A stretch of 64,000 nt of DNA from positions 64,001 through 128,000 of IMG/VR virus record IMGVR_UViG_3300037222_000100. One strand, given 5' to 3'. Shown one piece after another: positions 18,100 to 27,607 of the stretch. The notes under the pieces are model-generated. The model had not been told where the DNA came from, did not search any database, and saw only the letters and a list, made by a program, of their open reading frames with translations. Numbering within the stretch: the stretch's first letter is position 1; every line of letters begins with the position of its first letter. This DNA is from a virus. The translations under genes and the position numbers were made by a program.

Positions 18100-19641
18100 T
18101 TAGTTAGCTTCTACCAAAGTGACTGTCTGGCTGGACAGGTCGAGGGCGAACACGATGTCGATGTAGTTGAGGGTGAAGGCCGGTCGGTATGAGAAGCTCG
18201 CGGTGATCGTGGTCGGCTCAAGCGATGCGATTGCGACGACGGGAGTCTTGTACCCTACGAGGCTACCTGCCGACTGGAGAGCGGAGAGCACGCCAACGAT
18301 TGCAGAACGAACGATGATCGGTGAGTTGCCATCTGCGATGATCTGACCAATGATCTGGTTTTCGAGCGTCTGACGGATAGACTCGACCATCGTGAACTTG
18401 GCACGGACGACCGATATCTCAGAACGAGAGGCTCCATGGGTGTTGTCCAGCGTGATCGCGTGACGGCAGCGGATCGTTCCTCCGGGAATCTGCTCGACCA
18501 CAAAGAGCCCTTCTCCAGCATCTTCGTTCTTCTGGCTAGGCGTGCGGAGGTCGTTGATTTTCGTAAATCCGTTGAGGCCCTTGCGCGTGAGTGAAGAGGC
18601 GACCGGACGAGAGGCGAGTGCGCCCGCGACGGCTGCGGCTGCGAACTGACCACCGACGTTCTTTTCGCCGCCTTCTGGAAGCGAAACACTGAAGTTGCCA
18701 ACGTTGAGTAGGAGATTCTGCGAGGCAAGATCGCCATTGGCGTACGCACGAAGTTCTGTACCGTGCGCATGGAGGGTCGCATCCAGTCCTTCCTCGCCGG
18801 TTGAATCCTCGCCAAAGCAGCCGAAGATGAACTGCTCTTCGGCATTACGCTGCTGCTCGTAGCCAAGGACCGCTTTGAAGATGGCTGTGATTGAGCCGTC
18901 TTTGACTTTGCCTTCTGCCTCGCCTTGACCGACAACCGGAACGATGATGTCGATACCTTCGACTAGGTTCAATGCCTGCAAAGTGGTTTCCCAGGTGGAT
19001 GCTTCTGAGACTTGTTTCGCGGTTGGGAATTCTGCATTCGTGATGAACCCACCGGAGTTGTACACGATAGTTCCGTCAGACGTATGGAAGAGAGGCTGTG
19101 TGATGACGCTGCTGGCTCCGCTTTCGAATGCCTTCTGCGCCGCGAGACTCAGTGGCGATAGGAATTCGCCATCTTCGTTGGTTGCGAGAGCCTGACCGTA
19201 GCGGTTCTGGACTTCGTTGAAGTTGAAGAGGCGGATCGGGTTGTAGTAGTCAGCCGAAACGTAGGTGTACGTCACGTTGATCAGCGTGTTGGATTTGATG
19301 CCTTTGCCCGCAACGAGGTTGATCGTGCCTTCTTTGGAGTCAACTTCGTAAGCCGTTTCTTTGAAGCCTTTGCCTTCGTTTTCACCTTCGGACGGGTTAG
19401 TGGCGCTGATGACCGATAGCACGCTTTCGAGTTTTGATCCGGGGATCGACGCTAGGAAGGGCAGTTTGACCGGGACGCCGATGCCTTCCGCTTCGGTTAG
19501 ACGCACCTGATCTGTGCGCTTCTGGTGACCAAGAGCCACTCCGACGAGGACGACATCCGAGGCCGAAGCGATAAGCGGGACGACCTGCGGAGCTACGGCC
19601 TCCGTGATGGTGACGCCAGGTGGTACGTACGGTTGAGCCAT
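18100..19641 (-). CDS. Tail sheath protein
   Basis: N-terminal YVPPGVTITE and C-terminal EISVVRAK...FSYRPAFTLNYIDIVF are typical of contractile sheath proteins. Confidence 0.92.
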   Translation of the reverse strand: MAQPYVPPGVTITEAVAPQVVPLIASASDVVLVGVALGHQKRTDQVRLTEAEGIGVPVKLPFLASIPGSKLESVLSVISATNPSEGENEGKGFKETAYEVDSKEGTINLVAGKGIKSNTLINVTYTYVSADYYNPIRLFNFNEVQNRYGQALATNEDGEFLSPLSLAAQKAFESGASSVITQPLFHTSDGTIVYNSGGFITNAEFPTAKQVSEASTWETTLQALNLVEGIDIIVPVVGQGEAEGKVKDGSITAIFKAVLGYEQQRNAEEQFIFGCFGEDSTGEEGLDATLHAHGTELRAYANGDLASQNLLLNVGNFSVSLPEGGEKNVGGQFAAAAVAGALASRPVASSLTRKGLNGFTKINDLRTPSQKNEDAGEGLFVVEQIPGGTIRCRHAITLDNTHGASRSEISVVRAKFTMVESIRQTLENQIIGQIIADGNSPIIVRSAIVGVLSALQSAGSLVGYKTPVVAIASLEPTTITASFSYRPAFTLNYIDIVFALDLSSQTVTLVEAN

Positions 19642-19655
19642 TCTACAGGTTATCT

Positions 19656-20063
19656 CTACGCACTAGCGGCTTTGTAAGCCCGTGCTGCTTTCAGCTTCGG
19701 AACTAGAGCATCGATACGCCCCAAGTCTTTTGTCGATTTGGCAAGAACCGCCTGTCTCCAGATGTGATAATCCTCAGTCTTCCGCGCTCGCATCGGGAAG
19801 CGATCTAGGATTTGGACCAGCCGACATTGGTCGGCAACCCGAGCTACTTGCCATGTGATTTGTGGCTTACTATTTCCCCGCCCCCGACTTCGATGTATGG
19901 TTCCAAATCCCAGTCGATCTTGTATCTCGTATATGATGGCGGCATCATCATCGCGTTGAGTCAATGTGAACGAGATTACCCAACACCCATGGTTGCGTGC
20001 GATTGCAAAGCAACCCTCTCCTGCGATGAAACCAGCTAGCCAGTGACCAAACTCTGTATCCAT
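19656..20063 (-). CDS. Free-standing single-motif LAGLIDADG homing endonuclease
   Basis: WLAGFIAGEGCF...FTLTQRDDD...LGFGTI...K.EDY.IW. Confidence 0.9.
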   Translation of the reverse strand: MDTEFGHWLAGFIAGEGCFAIARNHGCWVISFTLTQRDDDAAIIYEIQDRLGFGTIHRSRGRGNSKPQITWQVARVADQCRLVQILDRFPMRARKTEDYHIWRQAVLAKSTKDLGRIDALVPKLKAARAYKAASA

Positions 20064-20105
20064 GTTCTCTAGTGTTATTACACTAGAATCGGAGCGATAG
20101 TAAGC

Positions 20106-21203
20106 CTACAGTTTGACCGGCACAAGGCTGGCACCCAATCCAAGCGACCCTAGCTGCGTGCGTACGCGGTACGGTTCCTTCTTGGGGTGGTTGACGATGT
20201 GGTAGTAATCGTCCGTTGGGATGACGCCACCTGGGAAGTCTTCTGGCGCGATCTCTCCGAAGGCACCATCCGGTTCGTCCGAGATGCCCGCAGTGTTCCA
20301 TGGGTATACATCGACCTCCCTGACCAGATCAAGAGTGCCAGCACCCAGTTGCGGCGTGACGCTGTAGAACTCGCCCAGAATCGGTACACGGTACTCGCAG
20401 CGATAGAGCAGTTGATCTTCTGGTCCCCACGGCGGCATTTCCTCACGCTCGCCGAAGCCCGACACAAGGTCTGTGTTGACGGCGATGAAGTGCCAGTCGG
20501 AGTACGGACTAAGCCCGATGGTATCGTAGATACGTTCCTGGAAGGAAACGCCCTCCGGGCCGACTGTGCCCATCTGAACGATTTCAAGGATCGCGTCTGC
20601 GATCTTGTCACGATCCACAGAGCTAAGTCCATAGACCTCCAGTGCCACATCGCCCTGATACATGCTGTGGTGATACTCGATGAATTTGGTGAAGAGATCG
20701 ACAGACCCCCGGAAGGACAGATTTTCCTCGCCCGATTGGGACGCAGGCTTGTTGACGAGAATGCTGTGAGCGTCAATGATCTTGAGCACGAAGGTGCCTT
20801 GCGGCAGGCTGGAGGCTTTCACTTCAGTTTCGCCAGGGAAGAGGTCTTGCACCGTAGGCAATTCCCCAATGACGCCCGACCCCTTGGTTAGCTTGCCTTT
20901 GCCGAACAGACGCAGTTCGTCTTCGACAGGTCCCCACTCTTTGTGGCCGACACCGATGTTCTGGATCGTCTGCTCATAGAACTTGACAACGATGGCCGGA
21001 TAGTCCGCGCGATCAGACGAGTAGTCCACAGCTATCTTGGTTTTGAGCAGGGTCGGATCGACATACAGGTTGAAGGCGTTCTGGAGCGCCTCGACCATCG
21101 TCCTCTTCAAGAACGTCTTGTACTGGAGCGTCTGCTGCGCTACGTATTTAGGCGCGATACGGCCCGGTCCAGTCTTCTCGACTAGCTGGTCTTTCTGAGC
21201 CAT
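20106..21203 (-). CDS. Tail completion/terminator-like protein
   Basis: Upstream of the sheath gene. DYPAIVVKF...LEVYGLSSVDRDKIAD motif. Confidence 0.6.
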   Translation of the reverse strand: MAQKDQLVEKTGPGRIAPKYVAQQTLQYKTFLKRTMVEALQNAFNLYVDPTLLKTKIAVDYSSDRADYPAIVVKFYEQTIQNIGVGHKEWGPVEDELRLFGKGKLTKGSGVIGELPTVQDLFPGETEVKASSLPQGTFVLKIIDAHSILVNKPASQSGEENLSFRGSVDLFTKFIEYHHSMYQGDVALEVYGLSSVDRDKIADAILEIVQMGTVGPEGVSFQERIYDTIGLSPYSDWHFIAVNTDLVSGFGEREEMPPWGPEDQLLYRCEYRVPILGEFYSVTPQLGAGTLDLVREVDVYPWNTAGISDEPDGAFGEIAPEDFPGGVIPTDDYYHIVNHPKKEPYRVRTQLGSLGLGASLVPVKL

Positions 21204-21953
21204 TTATCTATCGACCTCAACCAGGTAGATGGGGTCCGTCTCCGGCACCTTGTTGGCTTCGCATTGGTGCCCGACTACGAAACGGTTTCCGCCATCCGTC
21301 AAGCCCGCAGAGTCAACCTCGCGGCGTCCCTGGCGATCATGTCCGCGCATGGTGATCGGACTGACCTGCTTCAACTGGTAACGCTCGAAGGTCTGAAGAA
21401 TTTCTTCGGACGGACCAATTTCGAGCGTGATGAGTAGATCGTTGTCCCCGACGTGCGGGTACCACGGAAGCTGAAGTCGTGCCTGCTGTACTTTGATCAG
21501 CGCACCTGCTTCGGTGTGCTTGTAGACATCTTCCGGCACATCAGGCAGGATCGCGTACGTCAAGTAGCCAGGGCCATAGCCTCTGTACTTGGGCGCAGGG
21601 ATGTATTCGGGCTCCGGGCTGTCGGTGATGATGAGTTCAGCCGATTCCGTTTCAGTCGCGGGCTTGATCCATTCGCCATGCTGCGTCTCAACAGAGACGT
21701 AGCCGACGCCATAAGAGAGTTGATCGTCGTGGGTCGGTTGCTTGTAGATCGTGTCGTAGCCCGCACTTGGTTCAGCGATCCCTTTCTCCACATCCTCGAT
21801 GGTGAACATGTGCTTGATGAGGACAGGCGTCCCCATGCGGCGCATCGTTTCCAGCGAGAGACGACGGCGGCGTAGCATGTCTTGCGGCACGCCAGGATCG
21901 CCGAGGTACCGGATTACGTTCTTGTAGATGGGTTTGAGTAGCGCGGTAGGCAC
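21204..21953 (-). CDS. Head closure / neck protein
   Basis: Start reassigned to GTG 21953 after an AAGGA RBS. Synteny in the neck region. Confidence 0.55.
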   Translation of the reverse strand: MPTALLKPIYKNVIRYLGDPGVPQDMLRRRRLSLETMRRMGTPVLIKHMFTIEDVEKGIAEPSAGYDTIYKQPTHDDQLSYGVGYVSVETQHGEWIKPATETESAELIITDSPEPEYIPAPKYRGYGPGYLTYAILPDVPEDVYKHTEAGALIKVQQARLQLPWYPHVGDNDLLITLEIGPSEEILQTFERYQLKQVSPITMRGHDRQGRREVDSAGLTDGGNRFVVGHQCEANKVPETDPIYLVEVDR

Positions 21954-21964
21954 ACTGATTGTCC

Positions 21965-22165
21965 TTAGATCACCGGCAGCCAGCCGTAGCCGTGTCGCCA
22001 ACACCACCAGCGACATAGCCAGTAGCCAAGCTCCCCGTCGATATAGCGGGGGTTCCCATAGCGCCCAATCTGAGGCAAGTAGAGACACGTTTCGTCTTGC
22101 GTTACCTGCCAACGACCATGGTCGCAGTAAAGCGCTGGATCGAGCGTCACGCCGATGTGTCTCAT
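21965..22165 (-). CDS. Small hypothetical protein (Trp/Cys-rich)
   Basis: TAATG coupling to the upstream neck gene; fills the gap. Confidence 0.55.
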   Translation of the reverse strand: MRHIGVTLDPALYCDHGRWQVTQDETCLYLPQIGRYGNPRYIDGELGYWLCRWWCWRHGYGWLPVI

Positions 22166-23157
22166 TAGAAGAACCCTCTGCCAATGTTGCGCGAGCGTAG
22201 GATGTTGCCGCTGAAGAAGAGGCGACCTGCCTTGCTCGAAACCAGCAGGGCCGAGTGGCCAAGGTTGAGTTCTTGACGCTTCCAGAGGCGCACCATCGTG
22301 TACCAGTCATCGTGCTCGATCTGATAGACCTGCTGCCACGCCTGCGCGTACCGCGTGCGGTCCTCGTAAGCGATCTGTGCGCCCTGTGGCACCGGCTGCT
22401 CGACGTAGGAGCGGATCAAGTGCTGGAGGGTCTTGCAGAGCACGCCTTTGGAGAGGAGTGGCATCAGTTCGTTGATTTTGCCCGGACCGATCCATTCCCA
22501 AGTTTCAGGGTGCAGGTTTGGTTTGACATCCGCGTTGTCGCTCAGGGCCTTGAAGTTGACTCCGTTTTCGGACGCCTCCTCGCCCGTAACGTAGCTCTTG
22601 AGTTCTTCCCACGCTGGAGACATGCCTTCTGGATGACTGAAGTCCGAAACCTTATGTTGTGACGGGGGCATCTGTACGTTGATGTCGAGCAACGCGTCTG
22701 GGATGAATCGTTCGATCTTCTTCTGATCGAAGTTGGCTAGCGTGTAATCGCGTAGCACGGGTCCGCCCTCCATGGAATCGAATGAATCCTCGAAGCGGAG
22801 CCACACTTCTTCGGCGACAAGCTGCTCGTCTGTGACGGGAGGGACATAGAAGGGGTCCTCGACCACGAAGTTGACCATGACCGACCGGACCTCGCCATTG
22901 AGCAACGTGAATTGTGCCTGGGCAAGATAGGGTCCTCGTTCGGTGGTCGGTTCGTACTGGAGGTAACCCTGACCGTCGTCTTCAATTTCGCCCGAGACGG
23001 GTGCTTCCACTGCACCGTTTGGGCGCTGGACCGTGAATTCGACACTGGCGATTTCGTTGGCGGGCACGACGCCATCGCGTTCACGCAGAGCCGCTTTCAA
23101 CTCTGCCGTGTCGCCTTTGTTGATCTCACCTATGTAGTATCTCACCCCAAGCGACAT
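22165..23157 (-). CDS. Head-tail connector/adaptor with a CBM5/12-like insert
   Basis: Ig-like N-terminus followed by a helical adaptor region. Insert AWEELKSYVTGEEASENGVNFKALSDNADVKPNLHPETWEWIG. Confidence 0.6.
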   Translation of the reverse strand: MSLGVRYYIGEINKGDTAELKAALRERDGVVPANEIASVEFTVQRPNGAVEAPVSGEIEDDGQGYLQYEPTTERGPYLAQAQFTLLNGEVRSVMVNFVVEDPFYVPPVTDEQLVAEEVWLRFEDSFDSMEGGPVLRDYTLANFDQKKIERFIPDALLDINVQMPPSQHKVSDFSHPEGMSPAWEELKSYVTGEEASENGVNFKALSDNADVKPNLHPETWEWIGPGKINELMPLLSKGVLCKTLQHLIRSYVEQPVPQGAQIAYEDRTRYAQAWQQVYQIEHDDWYTMVRLWKRQELNLGHSALLVSSKAGRLFFSGNILRSRNIGRGFF

Positions 23158-23561
23158 TAGTGAACGCCCTTGATGCGATTACAACGCCCACATGCGGGAC
23201 GCAAGTTGGCTGGCCAATTCGTTCCGCCACGACTTAGGGGGATAACATGCTCGATGTGTTTTTCCTTGGGCACAAGCGCATCCCAATCGCAGCCGCAGAG
23301 ATAGCAACGCCGTCCATAAAGATCGATTCGCGCTTGTAGCTGCTCAACGGTATACGATCCGGGAGCCGAACGCCGTAGATGTTTACTTCGCCGCGTCAGA
23401 ATACGACCCCTAGGGGATGTTTTCCAGGCATGGGCGTTGCGGCTTTCTCGCTCTCTCGTAGAACGTTTAGCTCGCGTTCTTGCCATTTTGGCTTTGACCT
23501 TTTCAGGATTTTCTCGCTGCCATTTCAGGACACGCGCTCTATTTGCCTCGGCAGTCATCAT
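23157..23561 (-). CDS. HNH homing endonuclease
   Basis: RCYLCGC...HIEHVIPLSRGGTNWPANLRPACGRCN; paralog of 15693..16253. Start placed at ATG 23561 (TAAT-N7); 23570 is the alternative. Confidence 0.9.
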   Translation of the reverse strand: MMTAEANRARVLKWQRENPEKVKAKMARTRAKRSTRERESRNAHAWKTSPRGRILTRRSKHLRRSAPGSYTVEQLQARIDLYGRRCYLCGCDWDALVPKEKHIEHVIPLSRGGTNWPANLRPACGRCNRIKGVH

Positions 23562-23639
23562 CTCATCCATTATGGGTCCGGACGACGCTGCTATACTCTA
23601 CGAGTCTGATTCACCGACCCTTGACGAAAGGACTGAAGA

Positions 23640-23855
23640 ATGCCAGTGCTGTTCCCGACGTACAATCAAAAGGAGCGTGAGCAGCTTCAAGCTCTCCGCG
23701 ACCATCAGGCCAAGGTGCGCTCGCACAACGCTGCGAAAACGCGCGTTACCGCTGCGGCGGAGGCACTCTCCAACGCTGAGACGGACCACTCTGTTGCGCA
23801 GACTGAGGGGTCCCTCGCCAAGTCAACGTTGACGAGTGTGATCGATCAGGCGTAG
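23640..23855 (+). CDS. Hypothetical protein
   Basis: AAAGGA RBS and upstream TATACT; first gene of a plus-strand island. Confidence 0.65.
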   Translation: MPVLFPTYNQKEREQLQALRDHQAKVRSHNAAKTRVTAAAEALSNAETDHSVAQTEGSLAKSTLTSVIDQA

Positions 23856-23857
23856 GC

Positions 23858-24295
23858 ATGTATCGCCATGTCGCGGTCTTCGAGCTTGAGGGTGACTTCC
23901 TGGGGTATGCAATCCGGGATGACAAGGCCCTCAAGCTCCAATCGACCAACCTGTACTCCGAGGATGAGGGACCAGAGCTTGCGGATCGCTTGCGCGAGTT
24001 GAATGAGTCGCAAGCGGTCACGGCCGTGTGGCCCGACGCTCGCGACCCGGAGGTACAGGACCTCGTAAATGACCCAGAGTTCGAGCCCATCGAGTACGTC
24101 GAAGATGACGTGGTAGATGAGGACAATTCCTTCTTGGTCTACCTCAAAGACCCCGATGGCGAAGACACGCTCGACATCGACCGCGAGGCATCGGTGCTCG
24201 TCTACAAGAAGGCTCGCGTTCCAGCGCGACCCTCCGATTACTTCGAGCGCACGAAGAAGGCGTGCGAGGTAGTTGCCCGCAGACGCGCGACCTGA
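23858..24295 (+). CDS. Hypothetical acidic protein
   Basis: 145-aa ORF closely packed after the previous gene, with high-GC3 codon usage. Confidence 0.7.
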   Translation: MYRHVAVFELEGDFLGYAIRDDKALKLQSTNLYSEDEGPELADRLRELNESQAVTAVWPDARDPEVQDLVNDPEFEPIEYVEDDVVDEDNSFLVYLKDPDGEDTLDIDREASVLVYKKARVPARPSDYFERTKKACEVVARRRAT

Positions 24296-24308
24296 TACAC
24301 TGCGCCCC

Positions 24309-25352
24309 ATGAGCACACAGCTAGCTGAGAAGCCCAAGGTGGCCTACGCCCATCCCGCCACTCTGGAGGATGTTCCTTGGAACGAGGACACGCTAGAGGA
24401 GATGGCCCGCACCTACAAGGAGATACGACAGGTGAAGCCGACTCTCGTCATCGGCGACTGCCATGGTCACCTAGATCGCCTTGAGGCCCTTCTGACACAA
24501 GAGGGGATCATCGGGGCCTGCCCGGCGTGTGGAGGCACCGGAGACGATCTGAGCCCGCCCGAGTCAGAGTTCTGCGCCCCCTGTAACGGGACTGGCATCG
24601 CCCGCATCAATCGCGATGTCGAGGTCGTACAACTAGGGGACCTCGGTCACTACGGAGCCGACACGATGGGCAAGGATCGACTCATCTGGGAGTACGCGCC
24701 TCGATGGGTTGATGTGATCCTGTGGGGTAACCATGACCGGGCCATCATTGACGGGCGGCATTTCTTCATGGGCTACCAGAAGCCGTTGCCCGAGACGACT
24801 CGTGCTATCGACCAGGCGATTCTCAAGGGGCAGATACGGATCGCTTATACTGCCCACGGCTTCCTATTCACGCACGCCGGTCTACACGCATGCTTCAAGC
24901 ACCAGAAAATCCCAGTGGAGTTGAAGCGTGACATAGGACAATTGGTGGACTGGCTCAACGAATGTGATGGTTGGTCCGCCAACGAGCCCGCTCCTGACGA
25001 AGACGAGTTCCTTGCCATCGTCAATGCCATCAGTCGTATGCGCGGAGGTCCTTGCGACGCCGGAGGCATCCTCTGGCGCGACGCTCGCGAGAGCTACTAC
25101 CCCGACTTCCGACAGGTCTTCGGCCACACGGCGAGGGACACGACCTGTCGCACATACGAATCTCCCGTAGGCAACTCGTACTGCATCGACGTAGGCGACA
25201 AGCACAACGGTCGTCTCATGGGTATGTGGCTACCTGACGAGCGTGTCGTGGAGGTCCATGTGCCGGAGAAGATGCGCGACCTGCATGAACTGACCCAGGA
25301 TGATCCTGTGCTGGACGAGGTTGTTGAGAAGTACAGCCAGTTCTTGCGCTGA
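24309..25352 (+). CDS. Calcineurin-like metallophosphoesterase with an inserted DnaJ-type zinc finger
   Basis: Motifs GDCHG, GDLG, GNHD, THAG, FGHT. Insert CPACGGTG...CAPCNGTG. TACACT-N7-ATG start. Confidence 0.88.
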   Translation: MSTQLAEKPKVAYAHPATLEDVPWNEDTLEEMARTYKEIRQVKPTLVIGDCHGHLDRLEALLTQEGIIGACPACGGTGDDLSPPESEFCAPCNGTGIARINRDVEVVQLGDLGHYGADTMGKDRLIWEYAPRWVDVILWGNHDRAIIDGRHFFMGYQKPLPETTRAIDQAILKGQIRIAYTAHGFLFTHAGLHACFKHQKIPVELKRDIGQLVDWLNECDGWSANEPAPDEDEFLAIVNAISRMRGGPCDAGGILWRDARESYYPDFRQVFGHTARDTTCRTYESPVGNSYCIDVGDKHNGRLMGMWLPDERVVEVHVPEKMRDLHELTQDDPVLDEVVEKYSQFLR

Positions 25353-25624
25353 TGCCCATCTACGAGTACCGCTGCGATAAGTGCGGTCATGAGGATGAGA
25401 GCATCTTCCCGATAGCTCGTGCGCGGAAATCCATCCGCTGTCGAGGTTGCGGCGGAAGGGCAATTCGTGTATACTCTACCCCTGCGATCCACTTCAAGGG
25501 CAACGGCTTCTACAACACCGACTACAAGAACAAGAGCGCCAAGGACAAACCGAAGGATGAGAAGCCGCCTCAAGAGGTCAAGAAGGACGCCGATAAGAAA
25601 GGGAGCAAAGATGGTAGTCCGTAG
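25352..25624 (+). CDS. FmdB-family zinc-ribbon protein
   Basis: MPIYEYRCDKCGH...CRGCGG...FKGNGFYNTDY. Confidence 0.9.
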   Translation: MPIYEYRCDKCGHEDESIFPIARARKSIRCRGCGGRAIRVYSTPAIHFKGNGFYNTDYKNKSAKDKPKDEKPPQEVKKDADKKGSKDGSP

Positions 25625-25841
25625 ACCAATCTCTATCGAGATGAGTCAGAGGGCCGCAAAGGCACTCTGGGATCAGCATCGCGAGCTTGAGGGTCGCGTA
25701 GTCTGGGAGGATGCCGCATCTTGGGCTCGTGAGCCCTACGAACAAAAGGCGCGATTGGTTCTCGAAACAGCCCTCCCCCAGGAGGCATATTTCTTGCGGC
25801 TCTTCGCTGAGGAATGCAAGAAGGTGGCTGACATCCTATGA
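25611..25841 (+). CDS. Hypothetical protein
   Basis: GGGAG RBS before MVVRRPIS; ATGA overlap with the next gene. Confidence 0.6.
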   Translation: MVVRRPISIEMSQRAAKALWDQHRELEGRVVWEDAASWAREPYEQKARLVLETALPQEAYFLRLFAEECKKVADIL

Positions 25842-26170
25842 CCCTCCACGTTCTAAGAGCGACAGCAAATCCGAGAGTCCTTGATGGACACTGGGTAGTT
25901 TTCGGACGACGTTTTCCGCGAAAGCTAGTCTTCCCTGTCGGGATGGTTCTTTTCGCTGCCGCCGGTATCTTCTCGCCGCTGTTTGATCTCAATGCCGTTC
26001 ATGGTCCACCAAGCTTCCTGCTCTACGCGCAGCATCTCTTCTTCGATGGTATTGCTGACGCTGGAGGATTCTGGGCAGCGACGTTCTGCAAGCACAAATG
26101 GCATCAGGTCGCTATCGCTACGGCATTTGCTCTGGCAAGCACTTTCGCCTTGATCACTATAGTCGGATGA
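25838..26170 (+). CDS. Membrane protein
   Basis: Several hydrophobic segments; ATGA coupling. Confidence 0.65.
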   Translation: MTLHVLRATANPRVLDGHWVVFGRRFPRKLVFPVGMVLFAAAGIFSPLFDLNAVHGPPSFLLYAQHLFFDGIADAGGFWAATFCKHKWHQVAIATAFALASTFALITIVG

Positions 26171-26179
26171 CCAAAGCTG

Positions 26180-26410
26180 ATGTATAGCCAGTACGGATAC
26201 GTCCCGCCGTCGAACGACATCGTGCATCTGACGCCAAGGATGCTCAGGGCGCTGGCCGACATCCCGAACCCACGCAAACGGCACATCTCGCTCGAAGAAT
26301 ACCGAGGGCGTCACCGCATCGTGTTCGCGAGCGTCAACGAGGGTAAAGGCGGAGACAACCCATGCTGGCAGGTCTGTCAGAACGGCAAGCTGAAACTGAT
26401 GAAGACATGA
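26180..26410 (+). CDS. Hypothetical protein
   Basis: Packed ORF with an ATGA overlap to the next gene. Confidence 0.6.
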   Translation: MYSQYGYVPPSNDIVHLTPRMLRALADIPNPRKRHISLEEYRGRHRIVFASVNEGKGGDNPCWQVCQNGKLKLMKT

Positions 26411-26664
26411 GCTACAAGCCATGGGATAGTTGGGACAGCGAGTACCTTACCTTCGAAGAGGACGATCACTACGAGGGTAAGACCAAGCTCCTCCATGTGC
26501 AGAGCAAGCGCAAGATTGAGATTCTCGCGGTGATCAAGTGGTACGGTCCATGGCGGCAGTACTGCTTCTATCCGATGCCTGAGACGATTTGGAACAAGGG
26601 CTGCATGGAGGACGTGCAGACGGTGATCAAGGCGCTGATGGATGAACGCAAGGTCAAGCGATGA
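26407..26664 (+). CDS. Hypothetical phage protein
   Basis: Starts MSYKPWDS. IKWYGPWRQYCFYP motif. ATGA overlaps at both ends. Confidence 0.7.
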   Translation: MSYKPWDSWDSEYLTFEEDDHYEGKTKLLHVQSKRKIEILAVIKWYGPWRQYCFYPMPETIWNKGCMEDVQTVIKALMDERKVKR

Positions 26665-26891
26665 TCTCTAAGATCGCCATCCACGTCTGTCCTGTTGATG
26701 GGTGTCCTGCGCTAGGGTCCAAACCGGTGCAGTGTCCCACACACGACAAGACACTCGTGCGGGAGGTCTATACCCGTGTGATCGAAACGCGGACGACGCG
26801 CGAGACTCGCGTCGATGAGGTCGTCAAGAACATCACGGACCCGAAGTTGCGCCGGACGTTGCAAGACATGGGCAAGAGATTTGGACTATGA
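26661..26891 (+). CDS. Small zinc-binding hypothetical protein
   Basis: CPVDGC...CPTH; ATGA coupling. Confidence 0.6.
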   Translation: MISKIAIHVCPVDGCPALGSKPVQCPTHDKTLVREVYTRVIETRTTRETRVDEVVKNITDPKLRRTLQDMGKRFGL

Positions 26892-27073
26892 TCCTCGTGG
26901 AGATCGGTATTGGCCTGGGCACATCCTTCGTCGGGAGCTTCCTGGCCGTACTTGTGGTGATACACTGGGACATCGAGGGCTTCTGGCAACAGCGGCGACT
27001 GGAGCACGGCAAGAGGCTCGATCAACGTGCAGAAGAGGCGGCGAGGAAGCATGGCGCAAAAAGGTCTAGATGA
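26888..27073 (+). CDS. Small membrane protein
   Basis: N-terminal TM segment; ATGA coupling. Confidence 0.6.
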   Translation: MILVEIGIGLGTSFVGSFLAVLVVIHWDIEGFWQQRRLEHGKRLDQRAEEAARKHGAKRSR

Positions 27074-27426
27074 ACTGTCCTCTCTGTCACAGGCCGCTCG
27101 AAGATGACGAAGGCGATGAGAAGTTCATCTATCGCTGCACGCACACCAACCTCAAGACCGGCGTGACCGAGACGATTTGCGTAGACTGCGCTTCGGGGCA
27201 GATCGCAGAGGTAATAGGTGATGCAGGCCAAGTACCATGTGACGATCCCGACGACGGACGAGCTAAGACAGCCGCTTCACCGGATGCTCCCGGCAGCGGC
27301 CCATCAGTGGCTATACGAATCCCAACCGCGACTCTTTCATCAGACGTGGGTGGAGGGTCCGCACTCCCATTCGTTTGGACCAGCACACCATCTCGTGACA
27401 GTGGCGGAGGACAGTCCGGAGACTGA
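27070..27426 (+). CDS. Zinc-finger hypothetical protein (3' half overlaps the next gene)
   Basis: CPLC...CVDC in the N-terminal half; ATGA coupling. Confidence 0.45.
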   Translation: MNCPLCHRPLEDDEGDEKFIYRCTHTNLKTGVTETICVDCASGQIAEVIGDAGQVPCDDPDDGRAKTAASPDAPGSGPSVAIRIPTATLSSDVGGGSALPFVWTSTPSRDSGGGQSGD

Positions 27427-27607
27427 CGCCTACGTCAAGCAGCTAGCTGCGCACGTAGGACAGATAGCCAACCATCCCGTCATCGCCGTGGGTAAGGACG
27501 GCGAGAACGGGATGGAGTCATGGCCGGTAGCGAATAGAGGCTACCAGAGAGGCACAGGGGCCTCTCCTGAGCTACTCGACCCATTACCCGTGGATAACGT
27601 CCTCTAG
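27221..27607 (+). CDS. Hypothetical protein with a late-type start
   Basis: GAGGTAATAGGTG-ATG start motif; 128 aa. Confidence 0.65.
   Translation: MQAKYHVTIPTTDELRQPLHRMLPAAAHQWLYESQPRLFHQTWVEGPHSHSFGPAHHLVTVAEDSPETDAYVKQLAAHVGQIANHPVIAVGKDGENGMESWPVANRGYQRGTGASPELLDPLPVDNVL

Noticed and set aside
19642-20105. Group I intron or intein around the LAGLIDADG genes (also 57331 and 59202)
   Set aside because: Flanking genes have their own starts and stops, the non-coding flanks are too short for an intron core, one gene is antisense, and no intein splice motifs were seen.
21954-22310. N-terminal extension of ORF 21204..22310 (likewise the track starts at 4789, 34625, 60279, 49838 and 50942)
   Set aside because: These extensions overlap neighbouring genes. 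Better starts with an RBS, a promoter motif or stop-start coupling lie downstream.
1-23157. Extracellular contractile injection system or tailocin rather than a phage
   Set aside because: Capsid, prohead protease, neck genes and typical phage early genes are present in the same window.
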